A stretch of DNA of 37,833 nucleotides from Acidobacteriota bacterium (GTDB lineage Bacteria; Acidobacteriota; Vicinamibacteria; Vicinamibacterales; 2-12-FULL-66-21): NCBI GenBank assembly GCA_031404215.1, contig JANNHC010000205.1:1-37833 (forward strand). Direction: 5' to 3'. The position numbers and the translations under genes are program-made. How positions within the stretch are numbered: position 1 is the stretch's first letter; each line of letters starts with the position of its first letter. Below the pieces are notes generated by a model. That model was not told the DNA's origin. It ran no database searches and worked only from the letters and a program-made list of their open reading frames with translations. Shown in pieces: positions 1 through 8,726 of the stretch.

Positions 1-13
1 AAGGCAACTGAAG

Positions 14-34
14 AGGGCTTAGAGCTCAGGGCTC
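14..34. repeat. Heptamer tandem repeat (AGGGCTT AGAGCTC AGGGCTC) overlapping the pgeF stop codon
   Basis: Three 7-bp units are read directly at 14-34, and the pgeF stop (TCA at 26-28) lies inside them. A partner arm, if any, would lie outside the window. Confidence 0.5.
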
Positions 35-808
35 GGGGTGCTTCTGGGAACGTATCACGGCGACCATCCGTCCCGCGTTTTCCTTGTCCGTCCGGTACGA
101 GTGCAGTACCTCTGCGTACGACTTCGTGCAGAGGCCGGCCACATAGATCTGGGCGGCGACGACTCCGGCCTCCTCCAGCTGCTCGCGATTGGCGCGCGCG
201 AGGTCGAGGTGAGGGCGTCCCGATGGCCCAGTCTCGAACCACCGCCGCAGCGCATCCTCGCCATGCCCCGCCTCGCGAAACGCCTGGACGACCTCCGGGC
301 CGACCTCGCCGCAGCACCGGCCAAGGCAGGGTCCGATTGCCGCGACGAGATCGGCCGGCGCCGACCCGAATGTGTTCTGCATTGCTCGCACGGCCGCCGT
401 GGCCGCGCGCCGGACGGTGCCCCGCCATCCCGCATGCGCGGCGCCCACGGCGCAACGCCGGCAGTCGGCCAGCAGGATCGGCGCGCAATCGGCGACCCGA
501 ACTCCGATCGCGCTCGCCGGATCGTCGCTCACGATAACGTCCGCCTCCGGGCGCAGCCACGTCGATTCGCGGCCGGCCCTGGCGACGGCGACCTCGGCCC
601 GGTGCACCTGCCGAACCAGCAGCAGTCGCGCTGTCTCAACTCCCAACTCGTGTGCCACCGACGCCCACGCCGGGTCATCCAGGTGAAGGCTGAGATTCCG
701 GGTCGTAAAGAAATGATCCGCGACGTCGCGGAGGGGACGGCACCGCACCACAGCGCCCCACGGGGCTTGCGTCCACTCGAAACCATCGTTAGGCTGGGGC
801 AGAGTCAT
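26..808 (-). CDS. pgeF: Peptidoglycan editing factor PgeF / YfiH family (purine nucleoside phosphorylase-laccase-like domain)
   Basis: Family motifs QVH, ADCAPILL, AHAGWRG, AAIGP, CT and SYR..GRM. Start taken at ATG 808 (MTLPQ...); ATG 814 is an alternative. The ORF-track start at 853 overlaps acpS. Confidence 0.92.
   Translation of the reverse strand: MTLPQPNDGFEWTQAPWGAVVRCRPLRDVADHFFTTRNLSLHLDDPAWASVAHELGVETARLLLVRQVHRAEVAVARAGRESTWLRPEADVIVSDDPASAIGVRVADCAPILLADCRRCAVGAAHAGWRGTVRRAATAAVRAMQNTFGSAPADLVAAIGPCLGRCCGEVGPEVVQAFREAGHGEDALRRWFETGPSGRPHLDLARANREQLEEAGVVAAQIYVAGLCTKSYAEVLHSYRTDKENAGRMVAVIRSQKHPEP
767..795 (+). promoter_or_regulatory. Candidate sigma70-type promoter for acpS, inside pgeF coding sequence
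   Basis: TTGCGT (767-772), 17-nt spacer, TAGGCT (790-795). The predicted start site lies a few nt before ATG 807 and no Shine-Dalgarno is visible. Confidence 0.4.
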
Positions 809-1187
809 GAACATCCTCGGGCTTGGATTCGACGCGACTGATATTCCCCGCATCGGTGCGGCCTTCGAGCGTTACGGCGACCGTTTCCTGCGGCGCGTCT
901 TCACCGAGGGGGAGATTGCCTATTGTACGCGCCGCCGAAACCCGGTCCCCCATCTCGCCGGTCGGTTCGCCGCGAAGGAGGCGGCGATGAAGGCGCTCGG
1001 CACTGGACATTCGCGCGGCGTCCTCTGGAAGGACATTGAAGTGTTCCGCCTGTCCGGGCCGCCGCAACTGCGGTTGCATGGCGGCGCAGCCCTGCGCGCC
1101 AGCCGCCTGCAGGTTCGATCGTCACTGCTGACCATCACGCATTCCGAAGCACTCGCGATGGCGCAGGTCCTGCTCATCGGCGACTGA
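807..1187 (+). CDS. acpS: Holo-[acyl-carrier-protein] synthase
   Basis: 126 aa with GxD near the N-terminus (GLGFD), RFL.RVFT..E, LAGRFAAKEA.MKALGTG, W.DIEV and ITH motifs. Confidence 0.95.
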   Translation: MNILGLGFDATDIPRIGAAFERYGDRFLRRVFTEGEIAYCTRRRNPVPHLAGRFAAKEAAMKALGTGHSRGVLWKDIEVFRLSGPPQLRLHGGAALRASRLQVRSSLLTITHSEALAMAQVLLIGD

Positions 1188-1310
1188 CCGCAACCGCGGT
1201 TGACGCTTCGCCCCGGTCGCTTTCTCCGTGGCGCGGGCCCAACAGGGCGCATCGCCGCCAACTCCAGCGCCGGCAACGCGATCCACGCGCAGCATCCGGC
1301 TGGTGGGGAA

Positions 1311-1325
1311 CGGTACCTGCCTTGC
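1311..1325 (+). promoter_or_regulatory. Candidate sigma-54 (-24/-12) promoter
   Basis: CGGTAC-CTGCC-TTGC: GG (1312-13) and GC (1324-25) are exactly 10 nt apart, matching TGGCAC-N5-TTGC. It ends about 46 nt upstream of ATG 1372. Confidence 0.55.
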
Positions 1326-1371
1326 CCTCCTCTGCCGCAGCGAACCCGCCAGCAGGAGAGGAGCAGATGCG

Positions 1372-1674
1372 ATGACGATCAAGATCGTACCGAATGAAAA
1401 AGGAAATCCACCGGGAAAGCTCGCCGATGCGGAGCTGCATTTCGTGCAGGGCCCGCTCGAAGGCCTCAAGCTGATCGGGTTTGCCGTGTGGGAGCGGAAA
1501 ACCGGCAACGGCCGCAACGTCACATTCCCCGCGCGGCAGTACTCGGTCAACGGGGAACGGCGCAGCTTTTCGCTCCTGCGGCCGGTGGTGGACACCACGG
1601 CGCAGGACCGCATCCGCGATCTCATCCTTCAGGCTTACTCGGAGTACGAGGCGGAGGCGGCCGTCGCCTCGTAG
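1372..1674 (+). CDS. Small (100 aa) protein, probable SpoVG-like nucleic-acid-binding fold
   Basis: Purine-rich RBS AGGAGAGGAG (1354-1363) before ATG 1372. The pattern GKLA.AEL.F...GLKL.GF.VWE...G..VTFPAR...GE....LLRP......DRIRDLILQAY parallels SpoVG (GKLKA.ASVTF...IKVIEG..GLFIAMPSR....GE..DI.HP....RE.IQ..IL..Y). Similarity judged by eye. Confidence 0.7.
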   Translation: MTIKIVPNEKGNPPGKLADAELHFVQGPLEGLKLIGFAVWERKTGNGRNVTFPARQYSVNGERRSFSLLRPVVDTTAQDRIRDLILQAYSEYEAEAAVAS

Positions 1675-1703
1675 CGCGGCGCGTCCGTCGGACGGTATTG
1701 CGG

Positions 1704-3446
1704 CTACAACACCGGAAGAAACTTCGCGTTTTCCTTCTGGCGCTTGGGCGGGAGAGTCCATTCCTCGCGGAGCCCCTTGTCGAACTCCGCCTGGAAGAAC
1801 GACGACTTCATGCCGCCGTCGATGATGTCCCACGGCAGGACCGCGTCGCCGGATCGGTCGCGGAAGATATAAAACGCGGCGTCGAGGCCGGTTTCCGCGA
1901 CGGCGGCGCGCCACTGGCCTCCGTTGCGCTCGGCAGCTTCGATGGTCGAGGCGACACGCCGGTCGCCAAGCGAAAGCAGGGCCTGGTAATACGAATGGCG
2001 CTCCGACTTGATGTTGAAGTACACGTTGTCGAGTCCCGACAACATCTGCCGCAGCCGCTTCCCCTTGGCATCAGTGACTGCAGGATCCTCCATCGGCATC
2101 CACTGGTAGGCGGTGCCGGGCTTGGGGATGAGCGGATTCACGCTGCCGACGATCCGGCCGAGGCGGCCGCGGGGGCGGCCGTGCTTGAGCATGATGTCCC
2201 GCATTTCCACGGTCAAGTCGCTGATAGCCACCAGATCCGCGTCGGTCTCCGTCGGCAACCCGATCATGTAGTAGAGCTTCAGGTTGTCGATCTCGTTCGC
2301 GAAGATCAGATCCGTCGCCGCGAGAATCTCGGCGTTCGTGACGGTCTTGTTGATCACGCGTCGCAGCCGATCCGAACCGGTCTCTGGTGCGATCGTAATC
2401 GAACGCTCGCCGCTCTTGCGCAGGAGCTTCACGATCGGCTCGGTCAGGTCGTCCAGCCGCAGCGACGCGGGGCTGATCGAGTAGCCCAGGTCGAGCAGGC
2501 CCGTCAGGATGCGCTCGATCTCGGGGTGGTCGCACAGGGCGATCGACACCAGCCCGACTTTGCTCGAGTACTGCTTGGCCCGAGCCGCAAGCTCCAGGAT
2601 TCGATCCGCCGGGAACGCGCGCACCGGCAGGTAGTTATAGCCGGCCCAGCAGAAGCGGCACAGGTTCGCGCATCCTCGAACGACTTCAATCAGGAACCGC
2701 GATCCGAACTCGGTGTCTGGCGTGAAGATCGACGTCGCCGGCGGGTCCAGGCGCTCGATGCTCTTGACCGCGGCCTTCTTCACGACCGGCGGCGCGCCGG
2801 TGCCGGCCTTGGGCACAAACGCGGCGATCGTCCCCGTGTCGCCGTAGTGAACGTCGTAGAAGGACGGGATGTAGAAGCCGCGTTCCGCCGCGAGCCGGCG
2901 AAGCAGATCGTCGCGGTCGTCCGCGGCGTGAATCGTGCTCGTGAGCGTCGGCACGAGCAACTCCCCTTCGCCGGCGGCGATCACGTCGCCGAAGAGCGCG
3001 AGCGGTTCCGGATTCACGAAGGTCACGGCGCCGCCAATCACGACGAGCGGGTGGCGCGAATTCCGGTCCGCCGCGCGCGGCGGCACGCCGGCAAGGCGCA
3101 GCAGCGTGACGACATTGGTGTAATCCCACTCGAACGACACCGAAAACGCGAGGACGTCGAAGTCCGAGACGGGTGTCTGCGACTCGAGCGTCAGCAGTGG
3201 CGTGCCGGCCTCGAGCTGCGCCTTCAATTCCTGTCTGGCGGGCAGGAACACCCGTTCGCACACCACGTCGTCCAGGTCGTTGAAGAGACGGTAGACGGTC
3301 TGGAAGCCGAGACTCGACATTCCCACGTAATACGTGTTTGGAAACGCCAGTGCGACGCGGAGTCGGCCGCCGTGCGCTTTGCGCACGTAGCCGACTTCAC
3401 GCGCGAGCACGTCGCGCGCACGTTCGCGATGTTCCCAGTTCTTCAT
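1704..3446 (-). CDS. Radical SAM protein with N-terminal B12-binding-like domain (COG1032 / TIGR03960-like)
   Basis: CxxxCxxC motif (RGCANLCRFC), N-terminal FPNTYYVGMSSLG...CERVFLP and VIGG..FVNPEPLA.F.D...GEGE, plus TIAPETGS.RLR.VINK and KLYYMIGLP.ETD.D. Confidence 0.88.
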   Translation of the reverse strand: MKNWEHRERARDVLAREVGYVRKAHGGRLRVALAFPNTYYVGMSSLGFQTVYRLFNDLDDVVCERVFLPARQELKAQLEAGTPLLTLESQTPVSDFDVLAFSVSFEWDYTNVVTLLRLAGVPPRAADRNSRHPLVVIGGAVTFVNPEPLALFGDVIAAGEGELLVPTLTSTIHAADDRDDLLRRLAAERGFYIPSFYDVHYGDTGTIAAFVPKAGTGAPPVVKKAAVKSIERLDPPATSIFTPDTEFGSRFLIEVVRGCANLCRFCWAGYNYLPVRAFPADRILELAARAKQYSSKVGLVSIALCDHPEIERILTGLLDLGYSISPASLRLDDLTEPIVKLLRKSGERSITIAPETGSDRLRRVINKTVTNAEILAATDLIFANEIDNLKLYYMIGLPTETDADLVAISDLTVEMRDIMLKHGRPRGRLGRIVGSVNPLIPKPGTAYQWMPMEDPAVTDAKGKRLRQMLSGLDNVYFNIKSERHSYYQALLSLGDRRVASTIEAAERNGGQWRAAVAETGLDAAFYIFRDRSGDAVLPWDIIDGGMKSSFFQAEFDKGLREEWTLPPKRQKENAKFLPVL

Positions 3447-3570
3447 TGAAAATGCCGGACCGAACTGACGAGGGGCGGCGACGGATGCCGCCCGGTGGCG
3501 ACGACAACCCGGCGCCGGTGCGCGGGATGACGCTCAGGCGCCGTCGATCCCGCGTGCCGTGGATATTCCT

Positions 3571-3579
3571 AGTTTACCA
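3571..3579 (-). promoter_or_regulatory. Candidate extended -10 promoter for the radical SAM gene
   Basis: Minus strand reads TG-G-TAAACT (TGnTAnnnT) in a short AT-rich patch of the ftsZ-radical SAM intergenic region, about 125 nt upstream of ATG 3446. Confidence 0.45.
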
Positions 3580-3685
3580 TGCACGCCGGCGAGAGCCGGC
3601 TGAGGCGGGCAGACGTCATCGGCGGCCGGCGGTCTCGCCATCGCCGTTCGAATTCGGCAAGTCCGCCAGCAGGAATCGCCGGTCG

Positions 3686-4948
3686 TCAGCCCTCGCTCTG
3701 CCGCCTGAGGAACGCGGGCACGTCGAGGGGGGATACCGGTTCGAACTCGGCGCCGGGAGCGATCGGCTCTACGGTATCGCCCGGATTCCGTAGCGTGAGC
3801 GGCAGCTCGAGGACGGCGCGGCGCGAGAACGCCATCCGCGAGCCGCCGGACGCCGCGATCCGTTCGCCGGTTTCCTGCTTCCACGACGTGTAGGACTGCA
3901 GGTCCACCGGCGTGAGGGCCGCCGAGGCCGCCGCCGCCTTGACCGCGGATGGCCGATCGAACCCGGTCGCAATCACCGTGATCTTGACCCGCCCTTCCAT
4001 CTTGGGATCCACGACCGCGCCGAAGATGATGTTGGCGTCCTCGTGCGCCGCCTCCTGGATGACCGCGGACGCTTCGCTCACCTCGATGAGCGACAAGTCG
4101 GGGCCGCCGGTCACGTTGATGATCACGCCGCGCGCGCCCTTCACCGACGCGTCCTCCAGCAAGGGACTTGAAATGGCGGCGTTAGCGGCTGCCATGGCGC
4201 GCCCTTCCCCTTCGGCCAGGCCGGTCCCCATAATCGCGAGTCCCATCCCGGACATGATGGTTTTGACGTCGGCGAAATCCAGGTTGATGAGCCCAGGCAC
4301 CAGGATCAAGTCCGAAATGCCCTGAATGGCCTGCCGCAGCACGTCGTCCGCGCTCGCGAACGCGTCGGTCAGCGCCGTGGTTCGGCCGATGGTCGCCAGC
4401 AGACGCTCGTTGGGTATCGTGATGACCGTGTCCACGCAGTCGCGCAGTTCCTCGAGTCCGCGCTCGGCCTGGATCTGCCGCTTCTTCCCTTCGAACTTGA
4501 ACGGCTTGGTCACGACCGCAATGGTCAGCGCACCAAGCTCGCTGGCCAGGCTCGCAATCACCGGGGCCGCGCCGGTGCCGGTCCCGCCGCCCAGGCCCGT
4601 CGTGACAAACACCATGTCTGCGCCGTCGAGGGCTTCGATCAGCTTCTCGGTGTCTTCGAGCGCGGCCTGACGGCCCACATTGGGATCGGCGCCTGCGCCG
4701 AGTCCTTTGGTCAGCTTCGCACCGATCTGCAGCTTGTTCGGCGCGCCATTGAGATGCAGGGCCTGGCGATCCGTGTTCGCGATGATGAACTCGACGCCGT
4801 CGAGCCCGGCGGCGACCATCCGGTTGACGGCATTGCTTCCGCCGCCCCCGACGCCCACCACCTTGATTCGCGCGCCGGAGCGTCCCGTCTCGTCAAGCTT
4901 GAGCCGCAACGCGTCTGCGCCGGTTATCGTGTGTGATCCTTCAGCCAT
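3686..4948 (-). CDS. ftsZ: Cell division protein FtsZ
   Basis: [17 protein letters not shown], tubulin signature GGGTGTG, NLDFADV and C-terminal core [18 protein letters not shown] before ATG 4948. Confidence 0.99.
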   Translation of the reverse strand: MAEGSHTITGADALRLKLDETGRSGARIKVVGVGGGGSNAVNRMVAAGLDGVEFIIANTDRQALHLNGAPNKLQIGAKLTKGLGAGADPNVGRQAALEDTEKLIEALDGADMVFVTTGLGGGTGTGAAPVIASLASELGALTIAVVTKPFKFEGKKRQIQAERGLEELRDCVDTVITIPNERLLATIGRTTALTDAFASADDVLRQAIQGISDLILVPGLINLDFADVKTIMSGMGLAIMGTGLAEGEGRAMAAANAAISSPLLEDASVKGARGVIINVTGGPDLSLIEVSEASAVIQEAAHEDANIIFGAVVDPKMEGRVKITVIATGFDRPSAVKAAAASAALTPVDLQSYTSWKQETGERIAASGGSRMAFSRRAVLELPLTLRNPGDTVEPIAPGAEFEPVSPLDVPAFLRRQSEG

Positions 4949-5119
4949 GTGTCGCCTCCAGGCGCGTGATCCTGAGTTCGTTCCGCCCACGGTACGGGCA
5001 GGTGCCGTGTCGGTTTGTGGGACGTGCGTGTGTGTCCGTCTGTGCTCGTCGCGTCATCCGTGCGTTCTGCTGCGTGGGGCCCGCGCGTGTGTGTGGCTCG
5101 CGGTCCTTGGGCCTCGTCG

Positions 5120-6355
5120 TCAGAAGAATTCCTTGAACAGTGTTCTCAACCGGCCGGCGACGCGCCCGAACGTGCCGGCGCCGACCGGACGCGCCGGTTC
5201 GCCGGCGTGATTGCGATGCGCATACATGACCAGTCCCACGGCGGTCGCGTAAGCCGGGCTGTTCACGTGATCCGCCAGGCCGCCCACCCCGGCCGGCGTG
5301 CCGCGCCGGATCGGCAGATCGAAAATCTGCTCCGCGATTTCGGCCATGCCTTCCAGCATTGCGCCGCCCCCGGTCAGCACGATGCCGGAATTGAGCGACT
5401 TCTCGAAGCCCGCTCGCCGGATCTCGTCCCACAGGAGGTGAAAGATTTCCTCGGCGCGCGGCTGGAGAACTTCCGAAAGGATGCGGCGTGACATCACGCG
5501 GGGCTTGCGCCCGCCGACGCTCGCCACCTCCATCGTCTCGTCTTCATCGACCATGGCGGACAGCGCGCAGCCGCAGCGCCGCTTGATCTTTTCGGCGTCT
5601 GGAATCGGTGTTCGCAAGCCGACCGCGATGTCGTTCGTGAAATGATCGCCGCCGACGGCCACGACACCCGTATGCCACAGGCTGCCCCGCTCGAAGATCG
5701 CGAAGTCCGTCGTCCCGCCGCCGATGTCCACGATCGCGACGCCCAGCTCTTTTTCATCCTGCGTCAGGACGGCTTCGCTCGCCGCCAGCTGCTCGAGGAC
5801 GGTTTCCATGACGGCAACCCCTGCCCGGTTCACGCACGCGACCATGTTCTGCGTGGACGACGCGCTGCCCGTGACGACGTGGACGTTGACCTCGAGCCTC
5901 GTCCCCGTCATGCCAACGGGGGCCCCGATGCCGTCCTGCTCGTCAACGACGAAGTCCTGGGGCAGGACGTGGAGAATTTCGCGCCCGCTCGGCAGCGCGA
6001 CCGCTTTCGCGGCGTCGATGGCGCGCCGGACATCCTCCCGTGTGATCTCGCGGTTCTTTCCCGAGACAGCCACCACCCCGCGGCTGTTGAACGCCTTGAC
6101 GTGCGCGCCGGACAGCCCGAGATGCACCGAGTCGATCTCGACGCCGGCCGTCAGTTCCGCCTCGTCGATGGCTTTCTTGATGCACTCGACTGCGGCCTCC
6201 AGGTTGACGACCACTCCGCGCCTGATGCCCCGCGAGTCGGCCAGACCGATGCCGATGATGTCGAGGCCGCCACCCTCCGTCATCTCTCCGACAATGGCTG
6301 AGATTTTCGACGTGCCGACGTCCAGCCCGACCAGGTATCGTTCCTTGCGTGCCAC
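5120..6355 (-). CDS. ftsA: Cell division protein FtsA
   Basis: GLDVGTSKI, VDIGGGTTD, GGDHFTNDIA and GIVLTGGGA motifs, with a C-terminal amphipathic helix (RLRTLFKEFF). Start taken at GTG 6355. Confidence 0.98.
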   Translation of the reverse strand: MARKERYLVGLDVGTSKISAIVGEMTEGGGLDIIGIGLADSRGIRRGVVVNLEAAVECIKKAIDEAELTAGVEIDSVHLGLSGAHVKAFNSRGVVAVSGKNREITREDVRRAIDAAKAVALPSGREILHVLPQDFVVDEQDGIGAPVGMTGTRLEVNVHVVTGSASSTQNMVACVNRAGVAVMETVLEQLAASEAVLTQDEKELGVAIVDIGGGTTDFAIFERGSLWHTGVVAVGGDHFTNDIAVGLRTPIPDAEKIKRRCGCALSAMVDEDETMEVASVGGRKPRVMSRRILSEVLQPRAEEIFHLLWDEIRRAGFEKSLNSGIVLTGGGAMLEGMAEIAEQIFDLPIRRGTPAGVGGLADHVNSPAYATAVGLVMYAHRNHAGEPARPVGAGTFGRVAGRLRTLFKEFF

Positions 6356-6459
6356 CAGGGCCCCCCGTTCTGCGATGGCGTCCACCCGAGGTGGACACCA
6401 CGACGTCCGAAAAAGTTCGTGCCGCGCGAAAGCCGTTCCCGTGTCCGGAACGCTGGCCT

Positions 6460-7287
6460 TCAGGGCTGCCTGCGTGCCGTTACGGGCCTCACGTACACGC
6501 GCTCGTCAAACCTCAGATCCACATAGTCGATGTCCGGCACGCGGTCGCGCAGCGCCGAGGCGACGTCCGCATACGACTGCAGGCGTTCGAGAAAGCGGTC
6601 CTCGCCCAGGTGCAGCAGTGCCGCGTCACCTTCGAGCAGCACGACCGCGTCGTGCACGTCGCTGACGTCGATCTGGGAGACGCGCTCCGCGAGGTCCTTG
6701 CGCGGCGCCAGCGCGTCAATCATCCGCGCGGCCAGATCGGCGCGGCGCTCGTCGATCGCGGGCTGGCCCGAGGACGGCGCCCGCACGAGGCCGTCGATGA
6801 TCGGCAGATCGAACTCGGCGTACTGCGGGCCGAACTCGTCGATCACCGTGCCGGACCGATCCACGAGGTACAACTGGCTGCCCATCCGGCACAGCCCCAT
6901 CGGACGACGTTCCGAGACGAAGATCTCGATGCTCGACGGCAGGACCCGCCGCAACGCCACGTCCGCGACCCAGGGCGATTGCAGCAGGCGCGCGCGATAC
7001 GCGGGCAGATCGGCCGTGAGGATGCTCGTGCCGCGGAGGCCATCCACAAGGGTCTGCACTTCTCCCGCGGACAGCCGGACGTTCCCATGCACCGAGATCC
7101 GGTGCACCTGCAGGACCGACGCGCTCACGACCAAATCGAACGCCCGGTATGCGCAATAGACGACGAGCGCGGCGCAGACCACGAGGCGGGCCGCCCGCCA
7201 CGACAGACGGATTCGCGCACCCTTGCGCTTCCCGGGCTTGACGCGCGCGCGCCGGAAGTTTTTCTCGAAAGGCGCCTTCACGCTCAT
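6460..7287 (-). CDS. ftsQ: Cell division protein FtsQ/DivIB
   Basis: Basic N-terminal tail, one TM segment, POTRA-like region (V.GN.RLS...PWV....LRR.LP..IEI.VSER.P) and C-terminal YVDLRF. Lies directly upstream of ftsA. Confidence 0.93.
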   Translation of the reverse strand: MSVKAPFEKNFRRARVKPGKRKGARIRLSWRAARLVVCAALVVYCAYRAFDLVVSASVLQVHRISVHGNVRLSAGEVQTLVDGLRGTSILTADLPAYRARLLQSPWVADVALRRVLPSSIEIFVSERRPMGLCRMGSQLYLVDRSGTVIDEFGPQYAEFDLPIIDGLVRAPSSGQPAIDERRADLAARMIDALAPRKDLAERVSQIDVSDVHDAVVLLEGDAALLHLGEDRFLERLQSYADVASALRDRVPDIDYVDLRFDERVYVRPVTARRQP

Positions 7288-8726
7288 CCGCCTTCGCCTC
7301 CGGCCTCGGCGGACACGTCCGCGTGTCCCGCCGAACGTCCTCCCCGCAGCTGGTCGAGAATCCGGTCGCCGACCGTCCCAATCGATCCGGCGCCCATCGT
7401 GACCACGAGGTCGCCGTCGCGCACGAGCGCCGAGACGGCCCCCGGCAAGGCGCCGATGTGTTTCACGATGTGCACGGGGCAGGCGCTCACCGCTCGCACC
7501 GAGTCCGCGACCGCCTCGATCGTCACCCCCGGGATCGGCGCCTCTCCCGCTGCGTAAATGTCGGTGAGCACGACTTCATCGGCCGCGCCGAGAGCCCTGC
7601 CGAACTCCGCCAGCAACTGGCTCGTCCGCGAGTAGCGATGGGGCTGAAACACCACGACGACCCGGCGATCGATGCCCGCACGTGCCGCCGCGATGACGGC
7701 GTTGATCTCCGTCGGATGATGGCCGTAGTCGTCCACGACCATGACGCCACGGGCATCGCCGAGCAGCTGGAAGCGCCGCTCGGCGCCACGAAATTCCGCG
7801 AGCGCCGCGGCGATGCGCGCAAACGGCACGGCCGCTTCGAGTCCCACGGCGATGGCGCCAAGAGCGTTCATCAGGTTGTGACGGCCCGGGACGCGCAGTC
7901 GCAGTGCTCCGAGCGACGTGGACCTCCCGTCTGGCTGCCGCTGGACCACCTCGCACACGGACCCGAACGCCACCAGACGCATGTCCTGGCCGGCGATCTC
8001 GGCGCGATGGCCATTCAGGCCGTAGGTGATGACCCGGCGCGTCAGCCTCGGCAGCAGTTCCCGCACCGCGGCGTCGTCCGCGCACGCGACGACCGCGCCG
8101 TAGAAGGGCACCTTGTTCGCGAAGTCGACAAACGCCTGCTGCATGTTCTCCCAGCTCCCGTAACTCTCCATGTGCTCGCAATCGAGGTTCGTGATGACCG
8201 CGATTGACGGCGACAATTTGAGAAAGGAGCGGTCGCTTTCGTCAGCTTCGACGACCATGTATTCACCGCTGCCCAGCCGGGCGTTGCTTCCGAAGGCACT
8301 GAGCCGACCGCCGATGACCGCCGTGGGATCGAGACCCGCCCGCTCGAGCACGAGCGCAACCATGGACGTCGTCGTGGTCTTCCCGTGCGCACCGGCGATC
8401 GCGATGCCATATCGCAGCCGCATCAACTCCGCCAGCATCTCGGCGCGCGGGATGACCGGAACCCCCCGGCGACGTGCTTCGGCCACCTCAGGGTTGTCCG
8501 ACCGGATGGCCGACGACCAAACCACGACGTCGGCGGCGCCCACGTGGGCCGCATCGTGCCCGGACGACACGCGCACGCCCAGCGTTTCGAGCCGATCCGT
8601 GACGTCGGACCGCTTCGCGTCGGATCCGGTCACCTCGTAGCCGAGGTTGGCGAGCAGTTCGGCAATTCCGCTCATGCCGATACCGCCGACGCCGACGAAA
8701 TGGATTCTTCTGGTTCGGCCTAGCAT
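7284..8726 (-). CDS. murC: UDP-N-acetylmuramate--L-alanine ligase
   Basis: HFVGVGGIGMSGIA, GAHGKTTT, EADESD, DDYGHHPTE and FQPHRYSRT motifs. Confidence 0.98.
   Translation of the reverse strand: MLGRTRRIHFVGVGGIGMSGIAELLANLGYEVTGSDAKRSDVTDRLETLGVRVSSGHDAAHVGAADVVVWSSAIRSDNPEVAEARRRGVPVIPRAEMLAELMRLRYGIAIAGAHGKTTTTSMVALVLERAGLDPTAVIGGRLSAFGSNARLGSGEYMVVEADESDRSFLKLSPSIAVITNLDCEHMESYGSWENMQQAFVDFANKVPFYGAVVACADDAAVRELLPRLTRRVITYGLNGHRAEIAGQDMRLVAFGSVCEVVQRQPDGRSTSLGALRLRVPGRHNLMNALGAIAVGLEAAVPFARIAAALAEFRGAERRFQLLGDARGVMVVDDYGHHPTEINAVIAAARAGIDRRVVVVFQPHRYSRTSQLLAEFGRALGAADEVVLTDIYAAGEAPIPGVTIEAVADSVRAVSACPVHIVKHIGALPGAVSALVRDGDLVVTMGAGSIGTVGDRILDQLRGGRSAGHADVSAEAGGEGG

Noticed and set aside
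1488-3449. 653-aa plus-strand ORF, and similar long antisense ORFs (e.g. 12587..14254, 24188..25972, 35497..37167)
   Set aside because: They mirror well-supported genes on the opposite strand and show no recognisable motifs. Such shadow ORFs are expected from high-GC codon bias.
3447-3685. Cobalamin or SAM riboswitch upstream of the radical SAM gene
   Set aside because: I could not find the B12-box/GGGAA...GCCACTG or SAM-I core elements on the minus strand.
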